From: Tubulanus polymorphus | Lineage: Eukaryota > Animalia > Nemertea | Assembly: GCF_964204645.1 (NCBI RefSeq) | Contig: NC_134030.1 | Coordinates: 3,142,778 to 3,206,777 of the forward strand | Direction: 5' to 3' | DNA length: 64,000 nt | Part shown: in pieces, positions 20,292-49,838 of the stretch | Numbering within the stretch: the stretch's first letter is position 1 | How the letters are laid out: every line of letters begins with the position of its first letter | Translations under genes and position numbers: made by a program | The notes under the pieces: generated by a model | Told to the model about the DNA's origin: nothing | The model's database searches: none | The model's input: only the letters and a program-made list of their open reading frames with translations

Positions 20292-23200
20292 ATGTCGGTT
20301 TTCACTCTGGTGGTGTATGCACTCTTACTTCTGATAGTCAACAGCGAACAAACCGCAGGTAAATAGATATATACACCAATTGAAGAAGAAAGCTGTAAAG
20401 ACGATGTCAAACTAATAGAGCTGGATTTTCAAATACTATGCACCTGCTTCATAACAGGATTTACTTCTACGGGTATCAGACAACTTTGTTATAACAGCTT
20501 ACTGTTCTTGGGAAATAAATCAGTTTTGAAAATGGTACATCGTCGAAAAAATTTTTTTCTCATTTGAATTAGAAATTTGTCTATGAAATCCTAGACCCTA
20601 GGAGTCCACGATGACGAACCAACGAAGACATCGATTTCCAGCCTAAACCCTGCAACTTATTAATTACTTATGCTAATCATCTGCTATAAAGTTCATAAAG
20701 ACCTAGATTAGGGTGTTTTGAGTAATGGAAGAATTCGTTTTTGGAATGTTTTTACAGGATCTGATCCGACTAAAGTTTGTCCTGAAACGCAGTTGGCCAA
20801 CGCATTTACCAGGTTCAATGATATCTGCTATTACGCGACGGATAGGGATAATTGTAGCGATATCCTGGGCTCGAATCTACCTCAACCGAGAACAGTGCTG
20901 CAAACTTCTGCCATTGAAGAATTTATGGCGGAAAACGATATACCCGACACGACGATTGACATAAACCCATTTTTAACTGATTGGCACTGGACTGAAGGTA
21001 ATATCAGTTTTACACAGAACAGTTCCGAATATCGAAACGTGTATTATTTCTTGTTTGCCAGTTACTTCACTAAGACATTAAGCTATATACCAATGCTTCG
21101 TTATTGCTATACAATTCAAATATTTCATTGTGAAATTTTACACTTGATTGCTTAGAAGAGTTTACAAGAACAGTTTGATAAATGAAAAAGGATGCGGCCG
21201 CTGAAACAAGTGGGAAACATTATAGAAACTTATCATGGATATTTTCTACGTAGTTTCTCTAGTCTTAACTTCTAAAACATTGTTTTGGTAGATGCTACGG
21301 TTGTTTCGGCGCAGGGTTGTTATATGCACACGCAGAAGTTTCAATATTCCACAGTGGTTGCGACGATGACACCAGATTCCTGTAAACGCACTTGCCGATC
21401 TCTGTCGTACAAAATCGCCGCTGTTCAGGTACGTTATTTGCATCGTCGGCGTTTTTTCTTTCCATTCTGTGAAATAGAATAGTTTTACGTGCTTTTTTAG
21501 AATGGCAACAACTGTCATTGCAACATGACCTGGAATCCATATTTGTTGACCAGTGGGGACAAATGCACTGTCAAATGTAGCGGCGATGAACTCCAACTAT
21601 GTGGAGGTCAAGACAGCTATTACGCGTACCATATTTCGGGTAAGCAAAGAGACAAAGACCCCCTTATTACGAGTAGTTCAGGGCCTGATGTAAAACCTGA
21701 ATCATTTCATCAGATATTATGTCTAGTTCATGTCTTTAAGTCTAATTTAGACTGGAACTGAGAATTCTTTTGTAAGCTAGACCAAAGATGAGACGGTGTT
21801 TGTTTTGTATATTGTGTAGATACCGTCCAAGATTTCAACGTCTGGACTCGAGGAAACCCATCGTCGAATCGGGACACTGAAAACTGTGTGTACGTCCAAT
21901 ACGATAGGTCATTGGACGATGCTACGCATGTTTGGAAGACTGGAAAGTGTAGTGAACGGCTGCAATACGTATGTGGAACAAAACAAGGTAAACACGTTAA
22001 TGAGGCTGCAGGTGTATCGTTCTGGTTGACACCAATTTGAATTAACCTTTTTTTCAAATTTGTGAATTGACTTTGCGAGTCCGTACTCTTATCTACGAAC
22101 CTATAAATCTTGGTCATATTTCCAACGCTTATCCGAAAGCAAGGTCTTTTTTATTTGTTAGTATAGATAAAAATGGTACATCGAATATCTTTAGATCAAA
22201 CATAAGCTTTATCTCTTCTGGTAGGTTTGAACAGCAAGCCTTGTAAGCCATACCAAAAACAGATAAATGACGTATGTGTCACTATAACCTGGAAGTTAGC
22301 GAGTGCAACGTCCTGGCACAAGGCTAAATTAAGATGTGAAAACCTCGGCGGTTCATTACTATCCATCCGGGACCAGGCATTCAACGGAAAACTCTCCAAT
22401 ACATTATTCTTGTACGGCAGTGAAAAGCGATTTTGGGTCGGTCTGACGAATGTCGTTTGGACCTGGGGTAGAGTTAACGCACTTTCGGACGCTTACGGTA
22501 TGAAATGCCCAACTTATCCTATATATACCTCCGTATAACTAGTAATCAACATACGCTATTTGCTATATGCATCCATTTCTTAAGCTTATGGAATAAAGGA
22601 GACGTCCTGGAGTTCGAAAACTATTCTAAACATTAGTGATAGCGTATGTACATTCTTGGACTCTCGAACTCATTACTGGACCAGGAAGCAATGTTCATTG
22701 AACCAGTCTCATAAAATCTGTCAAAAAGGTAACAACAAAATGATAATATATTTTGGATTTTGGTATCTGATATCTACTTCATTAACTAATATACGGATAT
22801 GATCACATTCATCGTAGATGTTGGCACTAAGAATAGTCTAAAAGTCGTTCATTTCTATTATTTCAATAGCTTTAAAAGGTCCATGCGGGCTTATTTACAA
22901 AGTCTATAACGTCTTCATTTCCAGATGCACAGTTTCTTACAACCACGACCACTACTGAACCGACTACTACTACAGTCACTACTCCTAAGCCTAAACCTAT
23001 CACACCAGTTCCTACTAAACCGGAACCCACTACGACTCGCAAACCAACGACTACGTCACAGTTGACCACGTCACATAATCCTACAACCACGTCGAAGTTG
23101 ACTACGTCACAAAATCCCCCAACTACACAACAATTACCCACGTCACAGAATCCTTCGACCACACATCAAATGCCATCGTCACAAAGACCATGGACGACTG

Positions 23201-24969
23201 AAAGTGTCCTTTCGTCGACCACTGAATACAGCGCTACTAGTGGTAATAATTGTGACGTCATTATTCAACCTGGAAATTTAATCATTTACGTTGAAAATCC
23301 AAACTTTTTTATTTTCAGCGTCACCACAATCACAGTCACAATCATCTAATGGCTTTATATACGGTAATAACGCATAATATAACATAAAAATATGTAAGAA
23401 AATATTGAGAAGTTTAGAGGTCTTTTTGGCGTTTCTTCGACCTTTATTTTGATAAGTTTTGAAAAAGTACGACTCCGCTCGTTGTCAGAGTATATTCAAC
23501 AAAAATATTGACCAAAAGACTTTATCTGAATGTCATCAAAAACAATGTGATCATAATGTATAATATATATAAATGAGGTGGAACAATGTATACATTGTGC
23601 ACATTACATATCATATCCTGATTGTAATTGGATCGAATTAAATCGAATTATTTGAATGATTTACTTTCCAGCTATTACAGGAGCCGCAATCGGTGTTTGG
23701 TGTTTAGTGATCATTCTCGTCGTGTTCTTGATTATCTACATTAGAAAAAAGAGAAGGTAATTAGAAAAGAGACGTCTGTCTACACAGTATCAATAGAAAC
23801 ACCCCGCTATATCGATTCTATTGATAAACCGTGACTAGTCTCAACTATGTCTAAGCAACTCGGTCTGATTTCTCCAAGTGACACAGGAGTGTCACGAGTT
23901 GGAGTTAACTCTGAATTACAATCAGTTCATTTTCAATATGATATAAATCTTTGTCAAATCCTACGTAACTCAGAACTGTGAAAGTGTGTCCAGAACAGTA
24001 CCATTCTTTTGCCCGACCCCACTAATTATTCAAGAACTGTCGACTCGCTCCAAAAAAAAATCGAATATTCTTCTTTTGCAAAGCAAGTTATATCCACTGG
24101 TAGGATGATACAGATTTTCTGGTACCACGGCCAATCAAAATATTCCGTACATTCGGATGGGAAGAATAAATAATATGATAAAACCAACGTTTTGCAAATC
24201 AATACATTGATATTTAGAAAGGGTAGGACGATATATGGGCTTTCAGCACAGACCATCGTCAGGTATGATCATTTTTTCTCGATGGATTTCCCAAATGCTT
24301 CTGTTCATTTTGTTTTCCAGACAACGATCTGATAACAATGTCAGATTGGTATCTCGACTCCCGAGTAGGAAAGACCTCGCAAACGGTGCTAAATATCGCA
24401 ACAAACCGATGGTTTCCCAGAGATACATCGATATACCGGAACCAGCCGTGCGTTACGGCGGCGGAAGTTTCGTAAACGTAAGCGTTGATGACAGTGAAAT
24501 ATACTGCAATGACGTCAGACATGAAAGTGACGTCAGTGATGGCGATTATCTAGTACCGGATAGTTTGAAAAATCATAATTCGAACTCGGGACCACGGAAT
24601 CAGGATAATCCGTTATACATTAAACCGGCGAAACAACGAGGCGGAAGTGCGGCTAATGAGTACGAGAACCCGGATGATGTATTGCCACCAGGGGGCGTAG
24701 AAAATCCGGCGTATGGATTGAATATTTCAGAAAACAATTACGACGTTATTACTAACGCTACCTCTGAAAACAATACTCAAAATATTGCGATGAAGACCAT
24801 CGGCACCGCGCAATTGAACACTACCGACAGAAATCCCGAGTCAGAATCTGCGTATGACGTCATCATAAATGCGAATCACGTAGCATCCGGTCGCGGAACG
24901 GACGGTGTTGTTGATGATGACGAATATTCGTACGTGTATTCCGCTTACCCAGTCGCCAAACCAAAATAA
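20292..24969 (+). CDS. Type I membrane receptor: signal peptide, CTLD interrupted by WSC, second CTLD, Thr/Pro mucin stalk, TM, Tyr-motif cytoplasmic tail
   Basis: Eleven phase-compatible exons: 20292-20358, 20758-20997, 21292-21428, 21501-21639, 21820-21987, 22225-22497, 22585-22728, 22925-23242, 23319-23363, 23672-23756 and 24321-24969. WSC motif GCY..MTPDSC..C..AAVQNG..CHC..C...CSGD...CGG. CTLD motifs SWHKAKLRC..LGGSL, FWVGL and W..GNP...ENCV. TM AAIGVWCLVIILVVFLIIYI followed by RKKRR. Confidence 0.88.
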
Positions 24970-26384
24970 CCATTATTGCAAAAAAAACAAACTAAGATAC
25001 ATTTATGTAGTGCGTGTACACAAACACTTTGCTGAGGTTCGAGGCGGCCATAGTCAACAAAAAGCTCAATACAAAATCTCACAATACAAAAATTAGTCAG
25101 AAATGTTTCTTTGAGCTGATGTATTATTCGACGTTTCGACTTCTTCCTATTGATTGTCGTCAGCCTGCGGTAGTCCTCTATCATATGTGATGATATTGTT
25201 ATCATATAATCGTTACATCGCGGACTCGGACTGTTTCATCAAGATTTCCATCACATTCGACGTTTTGTGTAGATTTTTGTTTTGCCGAATTCAATGTTTT
25301 ATCTCTAGAATATGTTTATTTTAATCTTAGAAATAAATAAATTTGTTAAGTCTTACGCACGCGTTATTCATTTTCTCAAAAAAGTCGTAATTGTGGCTAT
25401 AATTATAGTTTTAAAGAGAAAAAGTCACGCGGTTTGAAACATTCCGGGAATTCTAAATATATTTTTACGTATGATTACATGATAATAGACAGGGACTTAT
25501 CGGTGACACTAGTTTTATGTTATTCCGTTTACAATATATTACAAATTGTCTTACACGAATTCAGCGTGATAACGACCTATCCCTGCTCCGGCTGCCGCGG
25601 AATGAGGGTACCTCCAAGAAGATATATTTACCCCGCGAGAACTGAGGCAAATGGAGTTTTACTATAACATCTATAGTTTGATATTTACATAATATATACA
25701 TAGACTAAGCGCTAATATTTCTCCACAGATCAAGAAAATGATTGATCATATAAATATAGATAACAGTAACGAATACTTAGAAAAATCGAGAGAGACCCCC
25801 TTCAACTATATTAATATACACAATAGTGATCTGTGTCACAAATATATATATGGTTGTGAGCGCTCTGCCAACAGCGACGACGACGTCGACGCGAACGATC
25901 TATTTGATTTAATTCCTCAAAGAGCTCTATATGTATGTCATTACGAGACGAGTTTTTTTTGAACGATGAATGCCGAGTCTTTGTTACTGTGTTCAATAAC
26001 GAATAGCGATTTAGAATTTGAAAAGCAGTTTACTGTTTATGTCGTACGAGGATAAAACTTTCAATAACGAAGCCTTGTACGTGTATCTCTCTTTCTCGAA
26101 GATTTAGCCGTCAATTTGAAATAAAGTAAGGGAACTTTCGGAGTCAGCGGAAAAAACAAGGTAAAGACAGATTCTTGGAGATATTAGTGGAACGTGTCAG
26201 AAGTATTTTCATCGTGTGGATTTTATAGTAAATTCGAAATTGAAAATCGAATATCTATTTCGGATGAAATTCACTGAGGACATGTCGATAATGACGTCAT
26301 CGATGCGGGTCTAGAAATCAGAGAGACTGTGATATGACGAAACGTTCGAACAATTCACCTGATCATCACAGAGTACAGCACAAT

Positions 26385-42355
<15,971 letters not shown>

Positions 42356-42370
42356 TTGAAACTGCAGCCG

Positions 42371-42425
42371 AGACCATTGTCCGTGAGACCAGTGTCCGTG
42401 AGACGAGTGCCCGTGAGACCAGTGC
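42371..42425 (+). repeat. 15 bp tandem repeat (about 3.7 copies) at the start of the 3'UTR
   Basis: gagacc(a/g).tg.ccgt units. Confidence 0.8.
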
Positions 42426-43139
42426 TAGCACACTGATCTTGGGTTATACCTATCTGTGATATCAACCGTTTCTAGTTATACTTAAAATACTGTGCGCAGT
42501 GTACTATTTATGAGGCAAAGTGGACGCTTTGAGTGATTTGTCTCAGACTGATAAACTTTTCTAAGTTATCATTTTACAAAGTCGGAGATTCGTACAGTGA
42601 AACCGAATGAAGATCAGACTCACAACTCATGAAAAACTGTTGTTGCTCGCGATAAAAAATGTCTAGTTGAATAAACCTTAAATGTAGACGTAGAACGTTG
42701 AATATTGTAAATTAATGTTATTTAATATCTGTTTATGAAACATAAGAATCGAATATTCAGTGTAAGTTACTATAGAAATATAATGCTCGTTAATTCTAAT
42801 TGTCAGTAAATATCCTACGGGTAGATGATATAAACGATATTTAAAAGTGGTTCTAAGAGGCTCTCGTGATTGGCTCTCCACCTGATGATGGAATCCGAAA
42901 TGTCGCCTCTTTCTAATTCTTGATTTAATAAATAGATTTCGTTTCTAACCTTTGCAAATTTGTATAAAGTGGGTTTCGATAAAACTCTAGGAGCTGTTTG
43001 CATATAGGTTGTATTAATCAGGCTTTCGCCTTATTTCTGTTTTCAAAAGTAGTTTCATGGAATTTTTTTGAATTCCAAAGTAAAAATTGGCGATAAAACT
43101 AAGATGAAATCTGTCGAAAATGTCACAACCAATAGTGGT

Positions 43140-43205
43140 ACTGATTTCGAGTGGTTCAGACGCTTGTTGGAGGATGAAAAGGGTGTCATAGGTTCGAGCC
43201 CAGTT
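43140..43205 (+). mobile_element. tRNA-derived SINE head remnant
   Basis: A-box-like tcgagtggtt and B-box ggttcgagccc; no cloverleaf. Confidence 0.4.
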
Positions 43206-43639
43206 ATCACATTAAGATCTCCTTACAATGCCAATATAAACAGGCAAGGCTAAGGTTCGAACATAGATCAACAACTCCAGACAATGCAAAATCATACGGT
43301 GACAGCATCCTCCAGAATCTTCAGAATGACGACGCATACCACTCAATCCACGCAGACCATAGACTCCTAGACTGTTGGGTTACCTTCACCCAATGAGATA
43401 ACAACTTATTGAGAATATGCATACATGTATTTACTTTTTAATTAATCACCGCATAGGATATATTTACACAAACAAAGATTTTAGTAAGTCACAGGACTAT
43501 AGGATATGATACTTTTTATTCGATTTTGAAGGATAGATTTTCTAATAAAGTCACCAACTCTAATTTCATTACATTTAAGTGAATAATATAGTCGCTATAT
43601 TTGGCTATTTGATGTTCGATGACTGATGAATTGTGTCAG

Positions 43640-46600
43640 TTATTTAACTCGGGCTCGTCTGTAAACAGTAACGGTACATTTTCGTTCAGCAACCTCGCAA
43701 ACAATATCAATATTTCCAGTGCTGTAATACGTTTCAATTCCGTAAACATACACAGGATGCACGAGCGTATCTTCATAAGCCATCAGACCGCTGACCAAGT
43801 TATCGGAAAGTACTCCCTCATTTTCCTGGCGGAATCTGTCGATGTTCGTCTGCAGGTTACGAACGAGTGCCTTCGTCGCGACGACGTGATTCAATCCGCC
43901 TGTTTTCGTGTAGAGTTTCTCAACGGTGAATGAAGTGCTTTCGATTTGTCTGATGTCCGTAGCTGTGGCAAAACCTTCTTCCGAAACCCTGTACGACACC
44001 GATGGCTGGATCTTGCGTTGTAGCGCGCGATTTGCTGCAAATACGATTTGAAAACATAACATTCATTCATTTATATCAATCCATATTGTGATAAATGATT
44101 TGAAAAATATTTTGTCGGGTAGTTTAAAGAGTGAAAACGAGCTCTAATAAACTAAGTAATCAACTTACGCAGTCCTTCCAATCCTAGTTGAATAGGATAG
44201 TGGTCACTAACTTTGATAGTCTGAAATATATATTCAATATTGGGTAATTCATCTTGAAACGGTTAAATTCAGAGGTTGTTTCTTTGCTCGTTTTGATTTG
44301 TTTCAAACCTGTCTTTCTGTAAGATGATATTCCTGGTCGAAACGGAATACTGTCGCCGAGTTATGGACGATGGCGCTTTTTAATTTCGGTCCAGCGGTGA
44401 CGAATCTTCAATAGAAATGTTTTAACTTTGACATCATGAGGAAACATAGTTCTATTTGGAGGTTAGATGGAAGAACAGATTAATCCATCGAGGTTTTTTA
44501 GTTCTGACATGTGGAATCGCTTGACAAAATTAGGTCAGTGGAGGTGTACTTGATAGAGGAGAAAACCTTACAAACAAAAGATGATAAGATAAACGATTCG
44601 TGAACAAGGCTACAATTGATGATGTCTAGAATTTATTTTCCTAACATTTTCGAGGTTTATCTAAATCCCATCTTCAGACGAAGCAGTAATTTCAATCAAT
44701 TTCATGTATTGATCCATTGGAAGATGGGGCTTAGAGAAAATCTCGAAACTGTTAGAAAATGAATGTCAGAATAAATGAAATTCGATCATCAATTGTTCAT
44801 TTTCTTCAAACACGGAGAAATGAACAATGAGTAGTTTATCATCGGTTATAGATCGTTTACCTGTCATATGTGCAGTCGGTTTGTTTAGTCGTTGTATCGA
44901 CGCAATCGTTGATCAACCAAGCGAATCGTTTATCTGTAAACAATCTCACAGACAACCAATCATTACCACTGGCATAATCACAATCTCCATTAAAATCACC
45001 ACCGATTAGGATTTCCTGCGACAAATCAGAATACAATATATGATAATCTAATATTTACTCATCACAGTTTATATAATACGTATGATATTCATCGTGTTAG
45101 TGAACAAATATCAAAGTTATCCTTCATTGAGAAACCGCCTCGTTTCACTAAACATCTTCATAAGATACTTCGCGTTTTCCTTTTATTGAGATTGTTGGAG
45201 TAAGCGTGACGTAAAACTACGATTCAATATGCCACCTACCTGAGTTCCCCATCGTGCAGCTAACACATCATACACATCAACTAGAGCATCGATTTCTTTT
45301 ACTGCTTGATCAGGTTCGGTGTGGATTACTATAAATCCAAACGTCTCCACCGCTGTAAGATCGAACATCATGATTACGAATTGAATGTAGAATACATCTA
45401 TTTATTTGACTTATACAATGACAAACGTTTAGGTCCCTGAGTCTTTTGTTACATGGGTGAAGAGATTGGACAAAAACATTATATATATATATTTGATAAA
45501 CTCCTGAAGCATTTGGACGGGTATCTTATCCGGGGGCTAACTCATTTGATATTGAATTGAGCCCCGGATAAAGCTAACACCAGTTTATGAAACCAGGAAA
45601 TTGATTTTAGTCAAATGATCATATTAGATCTATGGTGACAGTTGTAGAATCATGGTTTAGAATTAAGTCCGCAAGACCATCTCATTTCTAAAGGTAATCA
45701 AACAACTTAGGACCAATAGGATTCAATACCACGATTGGTAGAACACTATATCCGTGTTGACGCGATGAGGAGAGAATCCCACAATGATAATAAAAAGTCC
45801 GAAAATGAAACTTCGAGATAGTAGTTTATTTCAACGTTTCGACTATATCCTAATAGTCATCTTCAGGAATAATGAAGATGACTATTAGGATATAGTCGAA
45901 ACGTTGAAATAAACTACTATCTCGAAGTTTCATTTTCGGACTTTTTATTATCATTGTGGGATTCTCTCCTCAGGATTCAATACCACTTTTGAATTTGTCA
46001 TATGACTGTAAAACTGGCTCTGGTGATTAAATATCTTATATTCGTTAATCTGTATACCTTTGCCTGGCGCCTTGAATTTGACAGCATAGGGTTCCCTTTG
46101 AAATACGTCTTTTGGGTCGACGTATTGGTACGTATCTTCCACAGAAACTACATCTGACCTGAATTATTAATGCACGAAAAGGCGACATTATCAAATGAAA
46201 TATCTAGACATTTCTTCTGAAAACGAAAGTAATTAGTAGAATTTACCTATAGATAAATCCGTATTGTTCTTTACTGAAAGTTCTACCAAGGCGAGAGCTG
46301 ATGACGCTATCAAATGTTTTCCCCGTGTTTTGATTTGCCCTGCAAAGAGAGACCTCACATGTATCGTCTACCTATTGCTATATCAAGTTTTCAGAGAATT
46401 TCCACTAGGATCTGAACAATATATATCGTAGATTACTTACTGTTGAACTAATCTAACCAGAAATGGAAACGCAGTTTCAGACGAGTCCCTGATCTCTTGT
46501 ATAGCGATTATATCATATCTTGATATTATCTAATTCAAACGAATAACAATCATCAATTTTGATCCGGTCTTCCCTCATAGTTAATGCATGTTTGAGATGT

Positions 46601-46857
46601 TAGTTTGTTAAGAATTTCTCGTTAATCGAAGAAAAACGTTTTCCTAGTTTTTGTCGGAATCTTACCTTCACTAGTGTTGTCACAACTGCCGGATCTTGCA
46701 TCTTTCTCGTGCCGAAAACTTGCACGTTGAAAGCGGCGATTTTCAACGGAGGAGCCGCAAATTGCGGCAGTTCCTGTCGCCTACTTCTCGTCGTACCCGA
46801 GATACCGCGACACAGTGACAGCAAAAACAACAACGAACACGCTGTTGCGATCTGCAT
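43640..46857 (-). CDS. DNASE1: Secreted deoxyribonuclease I-family enzyme with about 130 aa C-terminal extension
   Basis: Nine exons: signal peptide plus LKIAAFNVQVFG, YDIIAIQEIRD, RLGR..SKEQYGFIYR, DVFQREP, IHTEP, GDFNGDCDY, DTT...DCTYDRFV and VSDHYPI, then spliced in phase to exon 44034-43640. Confidence 0.93.
44630..44765. mobile_element. Family C degenerate inverted repeat with hammerhead-like cores in both arms
   Basis: Minus strand CTGAAGA-T-GGGATTT..AAACCTC-GAAAATGTT; plus strand (g)GAAGA-T-GGGGCTT..AAATCTC-GAAACTGTT. Confidence 0.55.
45730..45971 (-). mobile_element. Family B 242 bp hairpin hammerhead element (DNase I intron)
   Basis: 37 bp tail plus perfect 99 bp arms (45767-45865 and 45873-45971) with a 7 nt loop. 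TSD aggattcaatac(cac). One difference seen versus 54980-55221. Confidence 0.9.
45830..45869 (-). ncRNA. Minimal hammerhead ribozyme motif (family B)
   Basis: UUC-CUGAAGA-U-GACUAU(UAGGAU)AUAGUC-GAAAC-GUU-GAA. Confidence 0.75.
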
Positions 46858-48613
46858 GGTGAAATCTGAAACAGATTTTGATTCGAATTTCAAAATGTTT
46901 GTTCGTCGTTGCAGATGGCCAGTCGTGTCAATGATGAAATTATGATTTCCTTTAGAATTGATGAAAATTAGTTATCCGTTATTACGATGGATGGATCACT
47001 CGTTCCAATATAAACAGGTGCATCCCTGATATTATATTCAATATTTTAACCAGTATGGTTTAGATGCCGAACACAATGATACATGATAGGCACCTGGGTT
47101 ACAACTGGCTCTGTGATAATTCTATGAATTATCTATATATGTAGGGCTTGTTTTTTTAGGGAGGAATGTAGTTTTGATATTATTATGATAAAATCCTTGA
47201 TGAATTTAACCTTGTAGCGATTTGCTGTAACTCAATACTGTTTTTAACAACCAGAAAACCTTTGACCTCAAATTCCACAGAATGTATTGTTCACATGTCT
47301 ATGGCCGTCAACTGTGGCATCTCACTTCCAGTTAGCGGTTTACGCTTGACGGTCAATATGACGCGTTGTGACGTCACGTGAATATGGTATCTAGGCTAAT
47401 ATATGACCCTTTAAACGTCAGGCAAAAATATTGAGTTCTCCTTGAATTCCAAAAAGTTAAATGATCATAGTTGCAATAAGTAGCAGACAAAGATAACGTT
47501 CTTATCGCAAGCTCAAACTGGCAGAATTCTGTAGCAGGCATTGATTGTAGCCTACCAAGGCCGCATAAACTAGATCATAAAAGTATATAGGTTTATGATT
47601 TTACTCACCAGTAGCGGGAATATTCGTGACACTTTCCAGTCAGGTTCGACGCGCGTTATGTGTTAAACTAAAGGAACCCAGTTCTCATAAATCACTAGTA
47701 TTTGTATATGACCTATTCATCCACTATGATTTGTGTCACAGTAATTTTTATTGAAACAGGGAATACGGGCTTCAATTCATGTCAACATTGTAAAACGCCT
47801 ACTATAAAATACTTTAACCCTTTTATTTCCATGTACTTGACCTAAGTAGATGTCCTTTTACCCGCTTTTGACAGAACCATTACGTGTGTATGTAACTTGT
47901 ACCATTTGTTGTGGTTTAACAGCTTATGAACAATTACTCGGTTCATTTTTCTCGCTAAATTTCATCAACTGAACAACTTTGAATCTCGTGACTCGGGAAT
48001 TGAAACATGCACTCTTTCGCGTTGGAGCCGCATGCAAAATCATCTGATGTTATTGTGCAGTTTTTTCGTTAGTTCGATGTTTAAAGTCCATTGAAATGTA
48101 ATCCGGATCATCAAATAAGGGAAGAACAGTGATAATGTATCGAAAGTCTCCGGGGGTATTTTCGGATGCCACCTTGAGAATGCCCTTTTTATCAAGACAG
48201 ATATCGTTAAAACCAATACAAATCTGACATCATCCCTTCAGAAATTGCATCTTGTATTTGGTTCTAACTCCAAGGAGAGCCCATCAACCTGTAGGCACAA
48301 ATCAAGACCTTAACAAATATTTTCCAATAAGCGGCCCGAAAAGTAGACTTGCTACAAACTATGGCCAGAATAATTAATCCAGACAATGAATAACAGGGAA
48401 TTTCTGAATGATATGTAAACATAATTTATTGTTTTGCACAAATCGAACTATTCAATAGGAATGCAATAATTTATTAAATACATACATCATATATAAATAT
48501 TTATAGCACGATAATCAGCAACACATAAATCAGCATAAAGTAAACATGACTTAGCTCTATAAATCAATACAGCTGAATGAATGAGATCTTATTCGACTCC
48601 TTTAACAGTTTAA

Positions 48614-48902
48614 CCCTTTCAGTGCGGTCTACACCGCAGTGCGGTGTATAAATCAGTGATGGATTTTGCTAGTACACCGCACTGCGGTGTATTGATGTAA
48701 TTAGTAATTAGTAATTATCTCTATTGAAAAATGGCAGAAAGTTTCAAACATAGTGAAATACTAGTAACTAACGATACACCGCACTGCGGTGTAGACGCAC
48801 TATAGTGGAATTCCCATTGTTCAACACACTAGGGTGGAATTTTTTAGAATTTTCAAATTTTCTCCAGCATTATAGGGTATTAATTAGTCAGCACTGAAAG
48901 GG
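48614..48902. mobile_element. piggyBac-type MITE
   Basis: Perfect CCCTTTCAGTGC TIRs, TTAA TSD, internal TACACCGCA.TGCGGTGTA palindromes. Confidence 0.9.
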
Positions 48903-49392
48903 TTAAATCAATAACTGTGGAACTGGTTCCATCAACTGTACAACTGGGTCCACAATCCTGAAACCTTACACGCAACAAACATTACAGTAAATACTGTTTA
49001 AGCGTTTACCTGGAAGACATTATACGGTTATATAACGGATAACCTTCTGAAAATTTTCCATCAATCTAAGGTGACTAAACGTCCATTTCACGGGCCAGTA
49101 GCACAAACCGTTGGTTAAAGATAACTGGTGGATAAATTACACACGGACAAATGGAATTAACTCTTACCAACATTTGACTAATGGCCCATGTACAGTACAG
49201 CCTTTATGGCTCTGCTTTGGGCTCCCTTTATCCATCATGCGTTATACGTTCATTTTACATTGTAAAATACTAAATATTTGATAATGAAATAATTGATAAT
49301 GAAATAATTGATAATGGGAACAAAATCTGGCTGTGCTTTAACAATATCTCATTGCAGCATCTGCATTTGAAAACAATTTACATGTAAAATTG

Positions 49393-49522
49393 TATAGACC
49401 TTATTCACATGGCATAACAGCGTGACATATTGTCGACAGAGCGGCTAAACTGAAACAAAAGTCACGGTCGAACTGACAATGATATGACACGATGTGACCA
49501 GTACATGTGAATAAGGTCTATA
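49393..49522. mobile_element. Short MITE with TAGACC termini
   Basis: tatagaccttattcacatg ... catgtgaataaggtctata inverted ends. Confidence 0.75.
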
Positions 49523-49589
49523 TATCACGATTAATCTCTACACAACGCGTCATAATAATAATCATCCTAATAATCATCTAAATAATCAC

Positions 49590-49702
49590 CAGGACCCAGT
49601 TCCACAGTTCTGAGTTAAGATTTGACTCTGAGTTAACTCACTGAAAATGCACTAATTTTAACTCAGAGTTAACTCTAACTCACAACTGTGGAACCGACTC
49701 CA
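49590..49702. mobile_element. MITE of the abundant ccagttccacagt family
   Basis: Palindromic; closely similar to 36203-36316 and 36472-36583. Confidence 0.8.
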
Positions 49703-49838
49703 GTTCATATCAGAGTGAAATAACTCACACCAAACTATAGAAAATAAACCACCACTTGGTGTTAACAACAGTAAAACAAAAACACTGTTCATCAGTTTCA
49801 TTTACTACCACTCCTTCAGTAATCCAGTCTGTCGACTT

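Noticed and set aside
24247-24262. 16 nt micro-exon candidate in the lectin receptor
   Set aside because: Inclusion would shift the frame of the cytoplasmic exon.
25125-25168. CTGACGA...GAAACGTC on the minus strand
   Set aside because: No convincing stem I or stem II, so not called a hammerhead.
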